DNA of 64,000 nucleotides from Promethearchaeota archaeon (GCA_048939015.1 JBHLPW010000004.1:1-64000), one strand, 5' to 3'. Positions 20,425 through 30,392 are shown, counted from the first letter of the stretch. Numbers and translations are program-made. Notes: a model not told the origin generated them from the sequence alone.

Positions 20425-22650
20425 ATGAGTGGTATAACTGGAGAATTTAAGGGAGAAGGAATAAAAGTAAGGATAAAAGATGCTTATAAGGGAGATGCTG
20501 GGAGAGGAAGAATAAGAATAGATCCTGATGTAATTGATTATCTTAATCTAAGAACTGGTGATGTTATTGAAATCTCCCACAAAGTGGCAGGTAAGAAAAC
20601 TGCTGCTTTATTATTTCCAGGAAAATTAGAAGATAAGGGTACAAATATAATAAGAATGGATTCGTCATTAAGAAGGAATATTGGAGCTTCTTTAGATGAT
20701 ATGGTAGAAATTCGAAAGATAGATGCTAGTTTAGCAGATAGAATTACCTTTGCAGGCTTAGAAGAGTCAGTTATTTTAAGAAGATCTGATCAATTGGTAA
20801 GAATGTTAGAAAATCGCGTGATAACTAAAGGTGATATTCTTAGTTTCAATGCAATGGGGCGAAGAATTGATTTTATTGTTATTGATTATTATCCTAAGGC
20901 AGCAGCTGTGAGAATCCATTTAGATACAAAAATTACAATTTCAGAAAAAACACATAAAGAACTTGAGGAATTAGAGGCAAGGAGGGTCACTTATGAAGAT
21001 ATTGGAGGTTTAGAAGAAGAGATCCAGAAGATTAGGGAAATGATTGAATTACCAATTAGACATCCCGAATTATTTAAGCGAATTGGCATTGATCCTCCTA
21101 AAGGGGTTTTATTGCATGGTCCTCCTGGAACGGGTAAGACACTTTTAGCCAGAGCTGTAGCATATGAAACTGAGGCACATTTCATAACAATTAGTGGACC
21201 TGAAATTATGAGTAAATTCTATGGTCAGAGTGAAGAAAATCTTCGGAAAGTTTTTGAAGAAGCTAAAGAGATGGCACCCTCGATAATCTTTATTGATGAA
21301 TTAGATTCAATAGCACCAAAGAGGGGTGAAGTCTCAGGTGAAGTCGAAAGACGGGTTGTTGCTCAATTACTCTCATTATTAGATGGTTTAGAAGGGAGGG
21401 GCGAAATTGTTGTTATTGGAGCTACAAATAGAGTCAATGATATAGATCCTGCACTTAGACGTCCAGGTAGATTTGATCGAGAAATTGAGATCGGTGTTCC
21501 AGATACAGATGGTAGATATGAAATACTTTTAATCCATACTCGTGGGATGCCTTTGTATGATGATGTTGATCTCCGTCTCATGGCTGAAAAAACGCATGGA
21601 TTTGTTGGTGCGGATGTGGAAGCTTTAGCAAAAGAGGCTGCTATGCTTGCTATAAGGGAACTCCTACCAAAAATTGATTTAGATAAACCTATTCCTCCTG
21701 AGGTATTAAATGATCTTCAGATAAAAATGAAAAATTTTGAAACCGCACTAAATAGTATTGAACCCTCAGCTTTAAGAGAGGTATTAATTAGCCAACCTAC
21801 TGAAACCTGGGATGATATTGGAGGACTAGAAGAAGCTACACAACAGTTAAAGGAAGTAATTGAATGGCCATTGAAATATCCGGAATTATATAGGCATTTA
21901 AACTCAAAACCACCAAATGGTATATTACTCTTTGGACCTCCTGGAACTGGAAAAACATTGTTAGCAAAAGCTCTCGCCCATGAAAGTGAAGTAAATTTTA
22001 TATCAGTAAAAGGACCAGAATTTCTATCTAAGTGGGTGGGAGAAAGTGAAAAAGCAGTAAGAGAAACCTTTCGGAAAGCAAGGGCTGCTGCTCCTTGTAT
22101 AATATTTTTTGATGAAATAGATGCGATCGCTGGAATGAGAGGTAGATTTGCCAGTTCTCAAGTAACAGAACAAGTAGTTTCACAGTTATTAACCGAAATG
22201 GATGGTTTAGAAGGATTAAAAGATGTGATTTTACTTGCAGCAACTAACAGACCAGACATGCTTGATCCAGCATTATTACGGTCAGGTAGATTTGGTAGAC
22301 ATATAGATATTCCTTTGCCTGACAAGGATGCACGTAAGGAAATTTTTAGAATTCATCTTAAAAACAAACCTTTATCAGATGATGTGGATATTGACAGCAT
22401 GGCAAAAGATCTCGAAGGATATACGGGCGCAGATATTCAGGCAATTTGTGAGGAAGCGACCCTACTAACGATTCGTAAAGCAGTTGCGGATGAAAATATA
22501 AATACTCAAAACGCAGATTCTGTTAAAGTAGTTAAAATTTCAAAGACAGAATTTGATCAATCAGTAGAAAAAGTATTAAAATCCGCTGATAAAGCAAAAG
22601 TTTCTCATGAAAAGTATTCACAAGAACCATCAGAAGAATTGTATAGATAA
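20425..22650 (+). CDS. cdc48: CDC48/VCP/VAT AAA+ ATPase
   Basis: N-domain [10 protein letters not shown], two AAA modules (GPPGTGKT x2; FIDELD, FFDEID; [15 protein letters not shown]), C-terminal HbYX tail LYR. Confidence 0.97.
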   Translation: MSGITGEFKGEGIKVRIKDAYKGDAGRGRIRIDPDVIDYLNLRTGDVIEISHKVAGKKTAALLFPGKLEDKGTNIIRMDSSLRRNIGASLDDMVEIRKIDASLADRITFAGLEESVILRRSDQLVRMLENRVITKGDILSFNAMGRRIDFIVIDYYPKAAAVRIHLDTKITISEKTHKELEELEARRVTYEDIGGLEEEIQKIREMIELPIRHPELFKRIGIDPPKGVLLHGPPGTGKTLLARAVAYETEAHFITISGPEIMSKFYGQSEENLRKVFEEAKEMAPSIIFIDELDSIAPKRGEVSGEVERRVVAQLLSLLDGLEGRGEIVVIGATNRVNDIDPALRRPGRFDREIEIGVPDTDGRYEILLIHTRGMPLYDDVDLRLMAEKTHGFVGADVEALAKEAAMLAIRELLPKIDLDKPIPPEVLNDLQIKMKNFETALNSIEPSALREVLISQPTETWDDIGGLEEATQQLKEVIEWPLKYPELYRHLNSKPPNGILLFGPPGTGKTLLAKALAHESEVNFISVKGPEFLSKWVGESEKAVRETFRKARAAAPCIIFFDEIDAIAGMRGRFASSQVTEQVVSQLLTEMDGLEGLKDVILLAATNRPDMLDPALLRSGRFGRHIDIPLPDKDARKEIFRIHLKNKPLSDDVDIDSMAKDLEGYTGADIQAICEEATLLTIRKAVADENINTQNADSVKVVKISKTEFDQSVEKVLKSADKAKVSHEKYSQEPSEELYR

Positions 22651-22681
22651 TTTATTTGTAAAAACTATAATAAATTGAGGA

Positions 22682-23476
22682 GTGATTAAAATGGAATTAG
22701 AGAAACAAGAAGGTGGAGAGGTTTTTCTTAGTATTGATAACCTACTTGAAATATTAGGAAATCCTACAAGAAGAATAATTTTATCGAAGTTAGCAAAAGT
22801 TCCATTAGGCGCTTCTGAATTAGCGGCTTCATTTGGAAAAAAGATATCACGACAAGCGATTCATAGTCAGCTTAAAATGCTCACTGATTATGGAATAATT
22901 GAAAGCTACGGCACTGATCCAAGAAGTATTAAATATCGCATTAATAGTAATTTATCCTTAAGAATTGATATTACTCCTGATTATTTTAATATAAATTATA
23001 ATATAGCTAAAATTGACAATAACCGAAGTTACAAAGAACTTGAAACTACAGAATATCACTCCGATTATCAAAAAATTAGAAATCCTGATAAAAAATTGAA
23101 ATTTTTAGGGAAAAAAATTAAAGAAATTGAACAAGAGATTGGAAATTTAGAATTAAAAAGAAATACATTACTACAAAATAAGGAATGTTTTATCATAGAA
23201 CTGAAAAATATAATTAAAGACCAATATGAGGAAGCTCTTAAGACTAAAGAACAACCTAATTTAGAGAAGGAGATTTTTTATACACTTTTTTATAATCCAA
23301 TAAAGTATTTTAATAGAATTAATATTGATAAATTGCTTGATGACATGTTTTTTTCAGAGATGGGGCCAATTAGAAGAGATCAACATAAAGTTTCCATCAG
23401 ACATCTACTCAGAGATTTATCCAATTTAATGGATGTCTTACGAGAAGATGAGGATAACTGGTTTTTTGACATTTAA
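22682..23476 (+). CDS. ArsR-type wHTH plus coiled-coil regulator, Phr/HSR1-like heat-shock repressor
   Basis: LLEILGNPTRRIILSKL, ISRQAIHSQLKML, SLRIDITPDYF, then coiled coil; lies next to hsp20 and cdc48 as in known archaeal heat-shock regulons. Confidence 0.75.
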   Translation: MIKMELEKQEGGEVFLSIDNLLEILGNPTRRIILSKLAKVPLGASELAASFGKKISRQAIHSQLKMLTDYGIIESYGTDPRSIKYRINSNLSLRIDITPDYFNINYNIAKIDNNRSYKELETTEYHSDYQKIRNPDKKLKFLGKKIKEIEQEIGNLELKRNTLLQNKECFIIELKNIIKDQYEEALKTKEQPNLEKEIFYTLFYNPIKYFNRINIDKLLDDMFFSEMGPIRRDQHKVSIRHLLRDLSNLMDVLREDEDNWFFDI

Positions 23477-23525
23477 TAAATTTTTAGTATAATTCCTTAC
23501 CATAATTTGGATTTCGAGGTGAATT

Positions 23526-24026
23526 ATGAATCTACAAGATTTAAAAAAACAAATCCCAGCTATATTCAAACGAGTTAAGAATGATGTAAGAAAAGTGTAT
23601 GGGCGGCATCGAGCTGGGTTAAGTCTTGGACTTGTAGAAATGGGTATGTTTCGAGGAGGATTTATAGGTGGAATGCATTTCGCTCCAGGAACAGACATTG
23701 TAATGAATAAGACACCACTTAAAATAATTTTAAAAGAACAGTCTTATGATATTGTATGGGCGTATACATATCATATTCTTTTACATGAATATATTCATTC
23801 TTTAGGGATTCTTGATGAACAACAATGTAGAAACATCACTCTTAGGATCAGTGAGAAAATTTTTAAGGAAAAGAGTCACCCCGCAATAATATTGGCAAAA
23901 ACAGGGATTGGAACGTATTTTCCAAATTTACCCTTAATTTATGCCCCCCCAGATCTCAAACCTGATGGAATACCCATTGAATATATATATAATTTCGATC
24001 AAGAAAGTTATGATTATTACTCATAA
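23526..24026 (+). CDS. Minimal zincin-like metallopeptidase
   Basis: LLHEYIHSLG (HEXXH); GAGGTGA RBS. Confidence 0.7.
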   Translation: MNLQDLKKQIPAIFKRVKNDVRKVYGRHRAGLSLGLVEMGMFRGGFIGGMHFAPGTDIVMNKTPLKIILKEQSYDIVWAYTYHILLHEYIHSLGILDEQQCRNITLRISEKIFKEKSHPAIILAKTGIGTYFPNLPLIYAPPDLKPDGIPIEYIYNFDQESYDYYS

Positions 24027-24082
24027 TTGAATCTATTGATTTTTTTAATTTCCAAAATAAAGCTCAATTCATCAAATGAACT

Positions 24083-24448
24083 TTATAAGCTTAAACATTT
24101 ATTTAAAATAGTTATTAATTTTTTATGCGTAAAAGGTTTGTCCAAGAAACCCTTTGCTCCATAAGCATATACTTCTTCTTTAATTGTTTTATCTGCACTA
24201 GCAAAAATAACTTTTGAATTATGATCAATTTGTAGAATTTCTTTTAAAGTGTCTAAACCGTTTTTGATGGGCATTCTATAATCCAAAATTATAATATCAG
24301 GCTTTTCAGAGAAAGAATTAAACATTTTTATTGCTTCCTCACCATTATTAGCAATGCCTAAAACTTGAAAACCAGCCATTTCTAATAAAAGTTCATATAG
24401 CCTTTGAAGATCTCTATCATCTTCAGCAATAAAAATTGTTTTTATGAT
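24083..24448 (-). CDS. Stand-alone response regulator receiver (CheY-like); non-canonical start (ATC 24448, or ATT 24451/ATA 24445)
   Basis: The frame continues upstream of ATG 24379 as IKTIFIAEDDRDLQRLYELLLE (beta1 plus acidic pocket); ILDYRMP, FASA, KPF; AGGTGA RBS at 24458-24453. Confidence 0.85.
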   Translation of the reverse strand: MIKTIFIAEDDRDLQRLYELLLEMAGFQVLGIANNGEEAIKMFNSFSEKPDIIILDYRMPIKNGLDTLKEILQIDHNSKVIFASADKTIKEEVYAYGAKGFLDKPFTHKKLITILNKCLSL

Positions 24449-24776
24449 AATATCACCTACAATGTAATAAACCCGCTTATATGACTTCTGTTTTAGATAA
24501 TCCTAATATGCAATTTTATAATAATCGATCGTACAAACCTATAACAGAAATAATAATATTTATAGATTGACTTTTAAAAAAATACATTAAACCCCGAATT
24601 ATAATATAAAATCTTAAATATCAGAAGTATTTGAGAACCATTATCGAAAATTTTTTTATAGTTCAAACTTACATGAACTTAGAATATGAGCTTTTATCTT
24701 TCACCCTTTAATTAATGAATAAAAAAAACATTAAAATTATAATAAAATATTGAATGAATTGGTGAGGGCATAAAAA

Positions 24777-25844
24777 ATTACATCATCTAGTAACAAATCC
24801 ATTGACGAAGAAAAAGATTCTATTGAAAAAAGCATAGAAATCACACCAGAACAATTAATATTTAAATGGAAATTTCAAAATGTAGATAAAAAACTTACAT
24901 ATGATATAAAGCGATGCATAGGATGTTCATTATGCAAAATAATTTGTCCTGTCGATGCTATTGAACTTGGTCCGATTCCAGATATTGCACAAGGAATATT
25001 AGATGAAAATAATCCAAAAATTATAGTAGACCATGATAAGTGTTGTTACTGTATGTTGTGTGCCATAGTGTGCCCAAATGACGCATTCTATGAAAATATT
25101 ACTCCTGAAAATCAAATCGATCTCGAAGAATACCCTTCTGTTGGAAAGTTTTTTGAAATCGACATGGAAAAATGTATTGAAGATTCTAAAAATAAGATAT
25201 GCAAACTATGCTTAAATGTTAGGGATAGAAATAATATCAAAGACTATTTTAGAATTCAAAAAGAATGTCCTGTTAAATGTTTTTCAATTAAATCTCCTAT
25301 AAAAGGAGAGGTAATTATAAAAAAGAGCATGCTACATAAATGTGATCCACAAGGCTGTAAAGCCTGTGTTAACATCTGCCCAACAGAGTCCTTTTTTATT
25401 CCTGAAAGTGCTGAAGATGTTAAAAAATACGGAAAAATTGCCTGCAATGAAGATGAGTGCTTTTACTGTGGAGCTTGTGAAAATTCTTGCCCTGATGATT
25501 TAATAATTGTAGATCGAAAGGAGATTGAGATTATAGATCCTAAAAAATCTGGAAATTATCCATGGGTACAAGGCTGGATAAGTAGTATAAAAGAAATTCT
25601 AAAAAAAGCATTAATTCGAGGTAAACAACAAATAGAAATTCAAATTGTTGAAGAGGAGGTTAAAAAAGTAAAGGAAAAAATTGAAGAATCAATTCCTCAA
25701 TTATCTAAGGAAGATCGCGAAAAATTGAATGAATTAAATGAAAAAATTCAGGATTTCCTTAAATCTCCAAAAATTAGATATTGGATTAAAGATAAGAAAA
25801 CCGAAAAAATTACAAAAGAATTAAAAAAATTTCTTTCTCAGTGA
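24777..25844 (+). CDS. fwdF: FwdF-like polyferredoxin (multiple 4Fe-4S clusters); probable ATT start at 24777
   Basis: In-frame upstream of ATG 25053: RCIGCSLCKIICPVDAIELGP...KCCYCMLCAIVCP; later CKACVNICP and CFYCGACENSCP; GGTGAGG RBS 24761-24767; in-frame TAA at 24771. Confidence 0.75.
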   Translation: MTSSSNKSIDEEKDSIEKSIEITPEQLIFKWKFQNVDKKLTYDIKRCIGCSLCKIICPVDAIELGPIPDIAQGILDENNPKIIVDHDKCCYCMLCAIVCPNDAFYENITPENQIDLEEYPSVGKFFEIDMEKCIEDSKNKICKLCLNVRDRNNIKDYFRIQKECPVKCFSIKSPIKGEVIIKKSMLHKCDPQGCKACVNICPTESFFIPESAEDVKKYGKIACNEDECFYCGACENSCPDDLIIVDRKEIEIIDPKKSGNYPWVQGWISSIKEILKKALIRGKQQIEIQIVEEEVKKVKEKIEESIPQLSKEDREKLNELNEKIQDFLKSPKIRYWIKDKKTEKITKELKKFLSQ

Positions 25845-26383
25845 TAAGAATAAATAAAGAATTATTGACTAATAAGAAACCAAGGATTTTAGTGTTTCTA
25901 CACGGAACTAGTATCATGCATAGGAATGCTTTAGGGCTTCCAAGGATTGAAATAGTACAACAAATTATAGAGAGTATTGATGATTCAATATCTGACTTTG
26001 CTTCATATATTCCAATAGGCAACGTTGTTAAAAAATTAACTACATGGCAAAATCAAGGAGCTGAGATATTGTATCTAAGTTCTCATAACTCTCTTCAAAA
26101 TGTTAAAAAAGATGAAATAGTGTTAAAAAAATATGATTTTCCAAAAGGACCGATTTTTTACCGAAAAAAAAATGATTGGAATTTACCAGTTAAAAACGCC
26201 AAACCAGATATATTAATTGAAGATGACTGTGAGAGTATCGGGGGGATATATCAAATGACTTATCCTAACCTTAACCAAGAACTGAAAACAAATTTAAAAT
26301 CAATCGTTATTAAAGAATTTGGCGGAATAGATAATCTCCCTGAGGATATTACTGAATTAAAGAAATGGAGTTCTGGATTCTAA
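25841..26383 (+). CDS. HAD-fold-like hypothetical protein with degenerate motif I
   Basis: ILVFLHGT (in place of DxDGT), ILYLSS, DILIEDD; GTG start overlaps the upstream TGA. Confidence 0.55.
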   Translation: MIRINKELLTNKKPRILVFLHGTSIMHRNALGLPRIEIVQQIIESIDDSISDFASYIPIGNVVKKLTTWQNQGAEILYLSSHNSLQNVKKDEIVLKKYDFPKGPIFYRKKNDWNLPVKNAKPDILIEDDCESIGGIYQMTYPNLNQELKTNLKSIVIKEFGGIDNLPEDITELKKWSSGF

Positions 26384-26393
26384 TATATTTTTT

Positions 26394-26516
26394 CAACTAA
26401 ATTAAAAAATTCAAGATTTCCTAAGATCTCCAAAAATTAGATATTGGATAAAAGAAAAGAAAACAAATGAAAATACTTTTAAATTGAACAAATATTTAGA
26501 CAATAATAAATTGTGA
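26394..26516 (+). pseudogene. Orphan, diverged duplicate of the 3' end of the fwdF-like gene
   Basis: Translates QLN*KIQDFLRSPKIRYWIKEKKTNENTFKLNKYL versus ELNEKIQDFLKSPKIRYWIKDKKTEKITKELKKFL (25731-25844); 24-nt identical core at 25763-25786 and 26426-26449. Confidence 0.85.
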
Positions 26517-26522
26517 AAAGAT

Positions 26523-27071
26523 ATGTTTTTAGAAAAATTTACAGATTGGCCAAGTCCCAGAAGAATAAAACAATTACTTATTTTTAGCTTAATTCTTTTA
26601 GTAGTTATTTATCCTCTTATTACCTATTTTTTCACAATATCTTATCCAGTTAGTTTTATTGAAAGCCAACTCTCTTTTAGCGGGCAAATAATTAAACAAC
26701 ATAATGCTAGTGCCAATATTGAATTATATAGAATAGCTAATGTTCTAGATTATTTCTTTATGATTAGCTATGGTAGTATTTTCTTTTGTCTTGGATTAAT
26801 TATCGCACGTAAATTTAGTGAAAGAACAATTTGGAGGAAATTTAGTTTATTATTAATACCACTCGCACTTATTGCTCCCTTATGCGATGCTATTGAAAAT
26901 ATATTTATATTACTTATGTTAACAGATCCCCTGGGATTTCCAGATATATGGGCAATAACCCATTCTATTTTTGCTCTTATTAAATTCATAATAATGTTTA
27001 TTGGATTTGGTTGGCTAGGGATAACCTCGATAAAGCTAATTCTGATTCGACAGTCAAGAAAAACGCAGTAA
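26523..27071 (+). CDS. Hypothetical 4-TM membrane protein
   Basis: Hydrophobic helices with LDYFFM and CDAIEN motifs. Confidence 0.65.
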   Translation: MFLEKFTDWPSPRRIKQLLIFSLILLVVIYPLITYFFTISYPVSFIESQLSFSGQIIKQHNASANIELYRIANVLDYFFMISYGSIFFCLGLIIARKFSERTIWRKFSLLLIPLALIAPLCDAIENIFILLMLTDPLGFPDIWAITHSIFALIKFIIMFIGFGWLGITSIKLILIRQSRKTQ

Positions 27072-27180
27072 TACAATAAATTTTTTCACAAAATTTAAAT
27101 CCATCTTCTTTAAATATTTTAAGTTATAAATATGTTAACTTAAACATAAATAAATTACAGAATTAAGAGTTATTAATAGA

Positions 27181-27474
27181 ATGATTATAAAAACTAAAGT
27201 AAAGTTTAATAGAAAGGAGAATAAAAGAGGCCTCATAGTATGGATACAAAAACATAAAGATATTGAAAAAGATATTCAAGAGATTTTAAACTTTTTTAAA
27301 GATCAAATTACTATTACCCTCATAAATAGAATTCATCTGTATTATAAAATAACATCCACTAATTCGGCAATTATGTTATCACTTATTTCATCGGTTCAAG
27401 ATTTAGTTGCTGAAAGCTATTTCACTACAGAAGAATCAATAGAATTTCAAGAATTAGTTGATTTTGAATCATAA
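27181..27474 (+). CDS. Hypothetical protein
   Basis: 97-aa ORF, ATG start, fills the gap before the tRNA. Confidence 0.55.
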   Translation: MIIKTKVKFNRKENKRGLIVWIQKHKDIEKDIQEILNFFKDQITITLINRIHLYYKITSTNSAIMLSLISSVQDLVAESYFTTEESIEFQELVDFES

Positions 27475-27482
27475 ATAATAAA

Positions 27483-27584
27483 TGGGAGAGGGGGGATTTG
27501 AACCCCCGGCCCCTTGGTCCCAAACCAAGATTAATGCCGTAGAGAATGCCCCTACAGTATCATACCAAGCTAGACCACCCTCCC
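27483..27584 (-). tRNA. tRNA-Pro (anticodon TGG) with a 28-nt intron (27531-27558) at position 25/26; CCA not encoded
   Basis: Acceptor GGGAGGG/CTCTCCC, D-arm GTCTAGCTTGGTATGAT, anticodon arm CTTGG-TTTGGGA-CCAAG, T-loop GTTCAAATC; removing the intron leaves a 74-nt cloverleaf. Confidence 0.92.
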
Positions 27585-27750
27585 TTTGAGGAACAGGCTT
27601 TTCTTATAAAAGATTTATATTACTACTATATGATTATTTAGTTTAATATATAGCTTGATATAAATTCTAATGTTTATATAATACAAACAATAAAAATTAA
27701 AATATTTTTTCAATTTTAAATAGAAATATTCTAAAATGTCGTAATCTAGT

Positions 27751-28317
27751 ATGAAGAAAATTATTGAGTTGTTAAAAATTGGGGACTTGGACCAGTTGAT
27801 TTTATTGAGACTAAATCATGACCTTAAGGGCATATTTAGTAGTTTTAATATATCTATCAACATAAATCGAGATAAACTTCAATTAGAAAAAGTTGAATAT
27901 AATTCAGAAAGAAGTCAATATAATGCAGATAGAATTCTAAAAAGGATTATAAAACTAACTAAAAATTATGAAAGTTTTCGAATATTGGGAATAATTGATA
28001 AAGATATTTACTCAGATCCATTAAATTTTGTATTTGGTATTGCTATAAAACCAATAACACGAGTATCAGAAACCCCAGTAGCTAGTTTAATTTCTGTTAC
28101 ACGATTGAGAGAACAATTTTATAATAAACCTGAAAATGATAATTTTTTCGAATTAAGGATATTAAAAGAAGCTATTCATGAATTAGGACATACATTTGGT
28201 TTAGAACATTGTAATAATTTATGTATTATGAGATTTTCAAATTCTTTAATGGATACAGATAAGAAGCCAGCACAATTTTGCGAATCTTGTCGAAAAAAAA
28301 TTAAAAATTTTCTTTAG
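27751..28317 (+). CDS. amzA: Archaemetzincin zinc metalloprotease
   Basis: RSQYNA, DIYSDPLNFVFG, KEAIHELGHTFGLEHC, CIMRFS, FCESC. Confidence 0.92.
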   Translation: MKKIIELLKIGDLDQLILLRLNHDLKGIFSSFNISININRDKLQLEKVEYNSERSQYNADRILKRIIKLTKNYESFRILGIIDKDIYSDPLNFVFGIAIKPITRVSETPVASLISVTRLREQFYNKPENDNFFELRILKEAIHELGHTFGLEHCNNLCIMRFSNSLMDTDKKPAQFCESCRKKIKNFL

Positions 28318-28334
28318 AGTATAATTGGAAGTTT

Positions 28335-29336
28335 TTAATACATTTCCTTAGAACTATTGTAAAGATTTTCACTGATTTTCAAGATCTTCTTATAATTTTT
28401 GACTAATTTAACTAAATCAGAAGGAATCTTCTGTAATCCAAAATAACTCCCTGCTAAACTTCCTCCTATTGCTCCGACTGTATCACTGTCTCCCCCAGCT
28501 GTAGCAAGTTCAAAAATACACTCTTTAAATGAAGATAATTGTTTCAAAAAGATGAAAATTGCACAAACCACGGTACTTATGGTATATGGATGAACAAAAG
28601 CTTGTCCTAAATATTGTTCGATAAAATATGGAGATTTTACTCCTGCCTGAGAAAATTTAATAAGTCCTGATTCAATTGGTATGTTTAAATTCGATTTCAA
28701 TTTGTTCAAGAGTTTGATGAATTCATCCCATATCTCATCTTGAGAATTGGCAATTGAGTCTTTTATAACGTCAAAAAATTCATCTATGGAGAAACCAATC
28801 TCAGGATCTTTCTCTAATAAAAAAGCTATAGCATTTGCGATAACTACTGCTCCTGCTGAGGCAGCGGAATGGGAATGAGTAATTACACTTGATTTTATGG
28901 CAGTTGTTTTTAATAATTTAGGATTTTTATGATAATATAATCCAAGTGGGGCAATTCTCATAGTAGTACCGTTCCCCCCAGAATTTGAAGCTGCTTCTTT
29001 CCAAGGAATACCTGATTTTAAATTTCTGATTGATGATATACAACCATACCCTGGACCAATAGGTGGATCATCCAGCCAATTAATGTATTCATCAATAAAA
29101 TATTCTAATTTAAAACCATTGCCTTTTATTAAAGCTTCAGCTGTATGTAATGTTAATTGTGTGTCGTCAGTATAAGTTCTAAATATATCTTTATTTTTTT
29201 GCAAAAATTCTTCAAAATCATCAAAATAACTATATATTTGGGAACGAAGCTTCCCTTCGAAAGGATGCCCCAATGTATCTCCTATCGCTACACCTAATAA
29301 GCAGCCTTGGTACTTATCTAATAAATCTATTGCCAT
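28335..29336 (-). CDS. ADP-ribosylglycohydrolase (DraG/ARH3 family)
   Basis: GVAIGDTLG, YTDDTQ, GNGTTMRIAP, ITH, GGDSDTVGAIGG. Confidence 0.92.
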   Translation of the reverse strand: MAIDLLDKYQGCLLGVAIGDTLGHPFEGKLRSQIYSYFDDFEEFLQKNKDIFRTYTDDTQLTLHTAEALIKGNGFKLEYFIDEYINWLDDPPIGPGYGCISSIRNLKSGIPWKEAASNSGGNGTTMRIAPLGLYYHKNPKLLKTTAIKSSVITHSHSAASAGAVVIANAIAFLLEKDPEIGFSIDEFFDVIKDSIANSQDEIWDEFIKLLNKLKSNLNIPIESGLIKFSQAGVKSPYFIEQYLGQAFVHPYTISTVVCAIFIFLKQLSSFKECIFELATAGGDSDTVGAIGGSLAGSYFGLQKIPSDLVKLVKNYKKILKISENLYNSSKEMY

Positions 29337-29492
29337 AATATCTCATAATAGTTTTTTTTTCTTTAAATATGGATAGTATAAAAATCATAAAATCAATTGT
29401 AAAAGAATTAAATTGTTATTAAAAAGGCTTATATATGAAACTTACTAAATAATTCTTTAATTTAAGGAATAAAAAGAACGAGGAAGTTTGGA

Positions 29493-30392
29493 TTGGCTAA
29501 AATAGATAAACTAAAAAATGTAATAACCGCAATGATCACACCATTTAATGACGATTTATTATTAGATGAGGAAAAATATAGAGAGTTTATTCGGTTTCAA
29601 ATTGATAACGGATGCCAAATATTAACTATGGGAACTACAGGTGAAAGTGCTACAATGTCTCATGATGAACACCATCTTGCTATGAACATTGCTATAGATG
29701 AAGCAAGTAAAAGCGGGAAAGATCCATTTGTTCTTGCGGGAACAGGTAGTAACTCAACAAAAGAGGCCATCTCCCTTAGTCAATATGCCGAAAAAGCAGG
29801 AGCGGATGGATGCTTAGTGGTTGTACCGTATTATAATAAACCTGTCCAACATTCATTAATAGACCATTTTTCCGCAATTGCAGATTCTATATCACTCCCT
29901 ATAATTTTATATAACGTCCCTAGTCGCACTGGGAGAAATTTAGAACCTGAGACCGTTTCCACACTAGCAAATACTAAAGATAATATTGTTGGGATAAAAT
30001 GTGCTAGTGGCAATATCGATCAAATTACTAAAATTATTAAGACAACACCAGATGATTTCATTGTTTTAAGTGGAGATGATGGAATGACATATCATATCAT
30101 GGCTCTAGGTGGAAAAGGTGTAATAAGCGTTGCTTCCAATATAATTCCAGCAAAATTAGTAGAATTTACAAATAGTATGCTTGATAATGATTGGATAAAA
30201 GCGAGAAATATGCAATTAGAGTTATATGATTTATTCAAGGTGTTATTTATTGAGACAAATCCTGGACCCGTAAAATTTGCTGCGGACGTCATGGGTATAA
30301 TGAATATAAAAATGCGAATGCCACTTACTCCACCTTTAGCAGCAAATCAAAATAAAATTAAAAATGTTTTAAAAAAATTAGATCTAATATAA
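29493..30392 (+). CDS. dapA: 4-hydroxy-tetrahydrodipicolinate synthase
   Basis: TAMITPF, GTTGES, GTGSNST, PYYNKP, LYNVPSRTG, GIK, LSGDD, ETNPGPVK. Confidence 0.95.
   Translation: MAKIDKLKNVITAMITPFNDDLLLDEEKYREFIRFQIDNGCQILTMGTTGESATMSHDEHHLAMNIAIDEASKSGKDPFVLAGTGSNSTKEAISLSQYAEKAGADGCLVVVPYYNKPVQHSLIDHFSAIADSISLPIILYNVPSRTGRNLEPETVSTLANTKDNIVGIKCASGNIDQITKIIKTTPDDFIVLSGDDGMTYHIMALGGKGVISVASNIIPAKLVEFTNSMLDNDWIKARNMQLELYDLFKVLFIETNPGPVKFAADVMGIMNIKMRMPLTPPLAANQNKIKNVLKKLDLI

Noticed and set aside
27181-27750. tRNA-Pro as the attachment site of an integrated element
   Set aside because: No duplicated tRNA end and no integrase found in the window.
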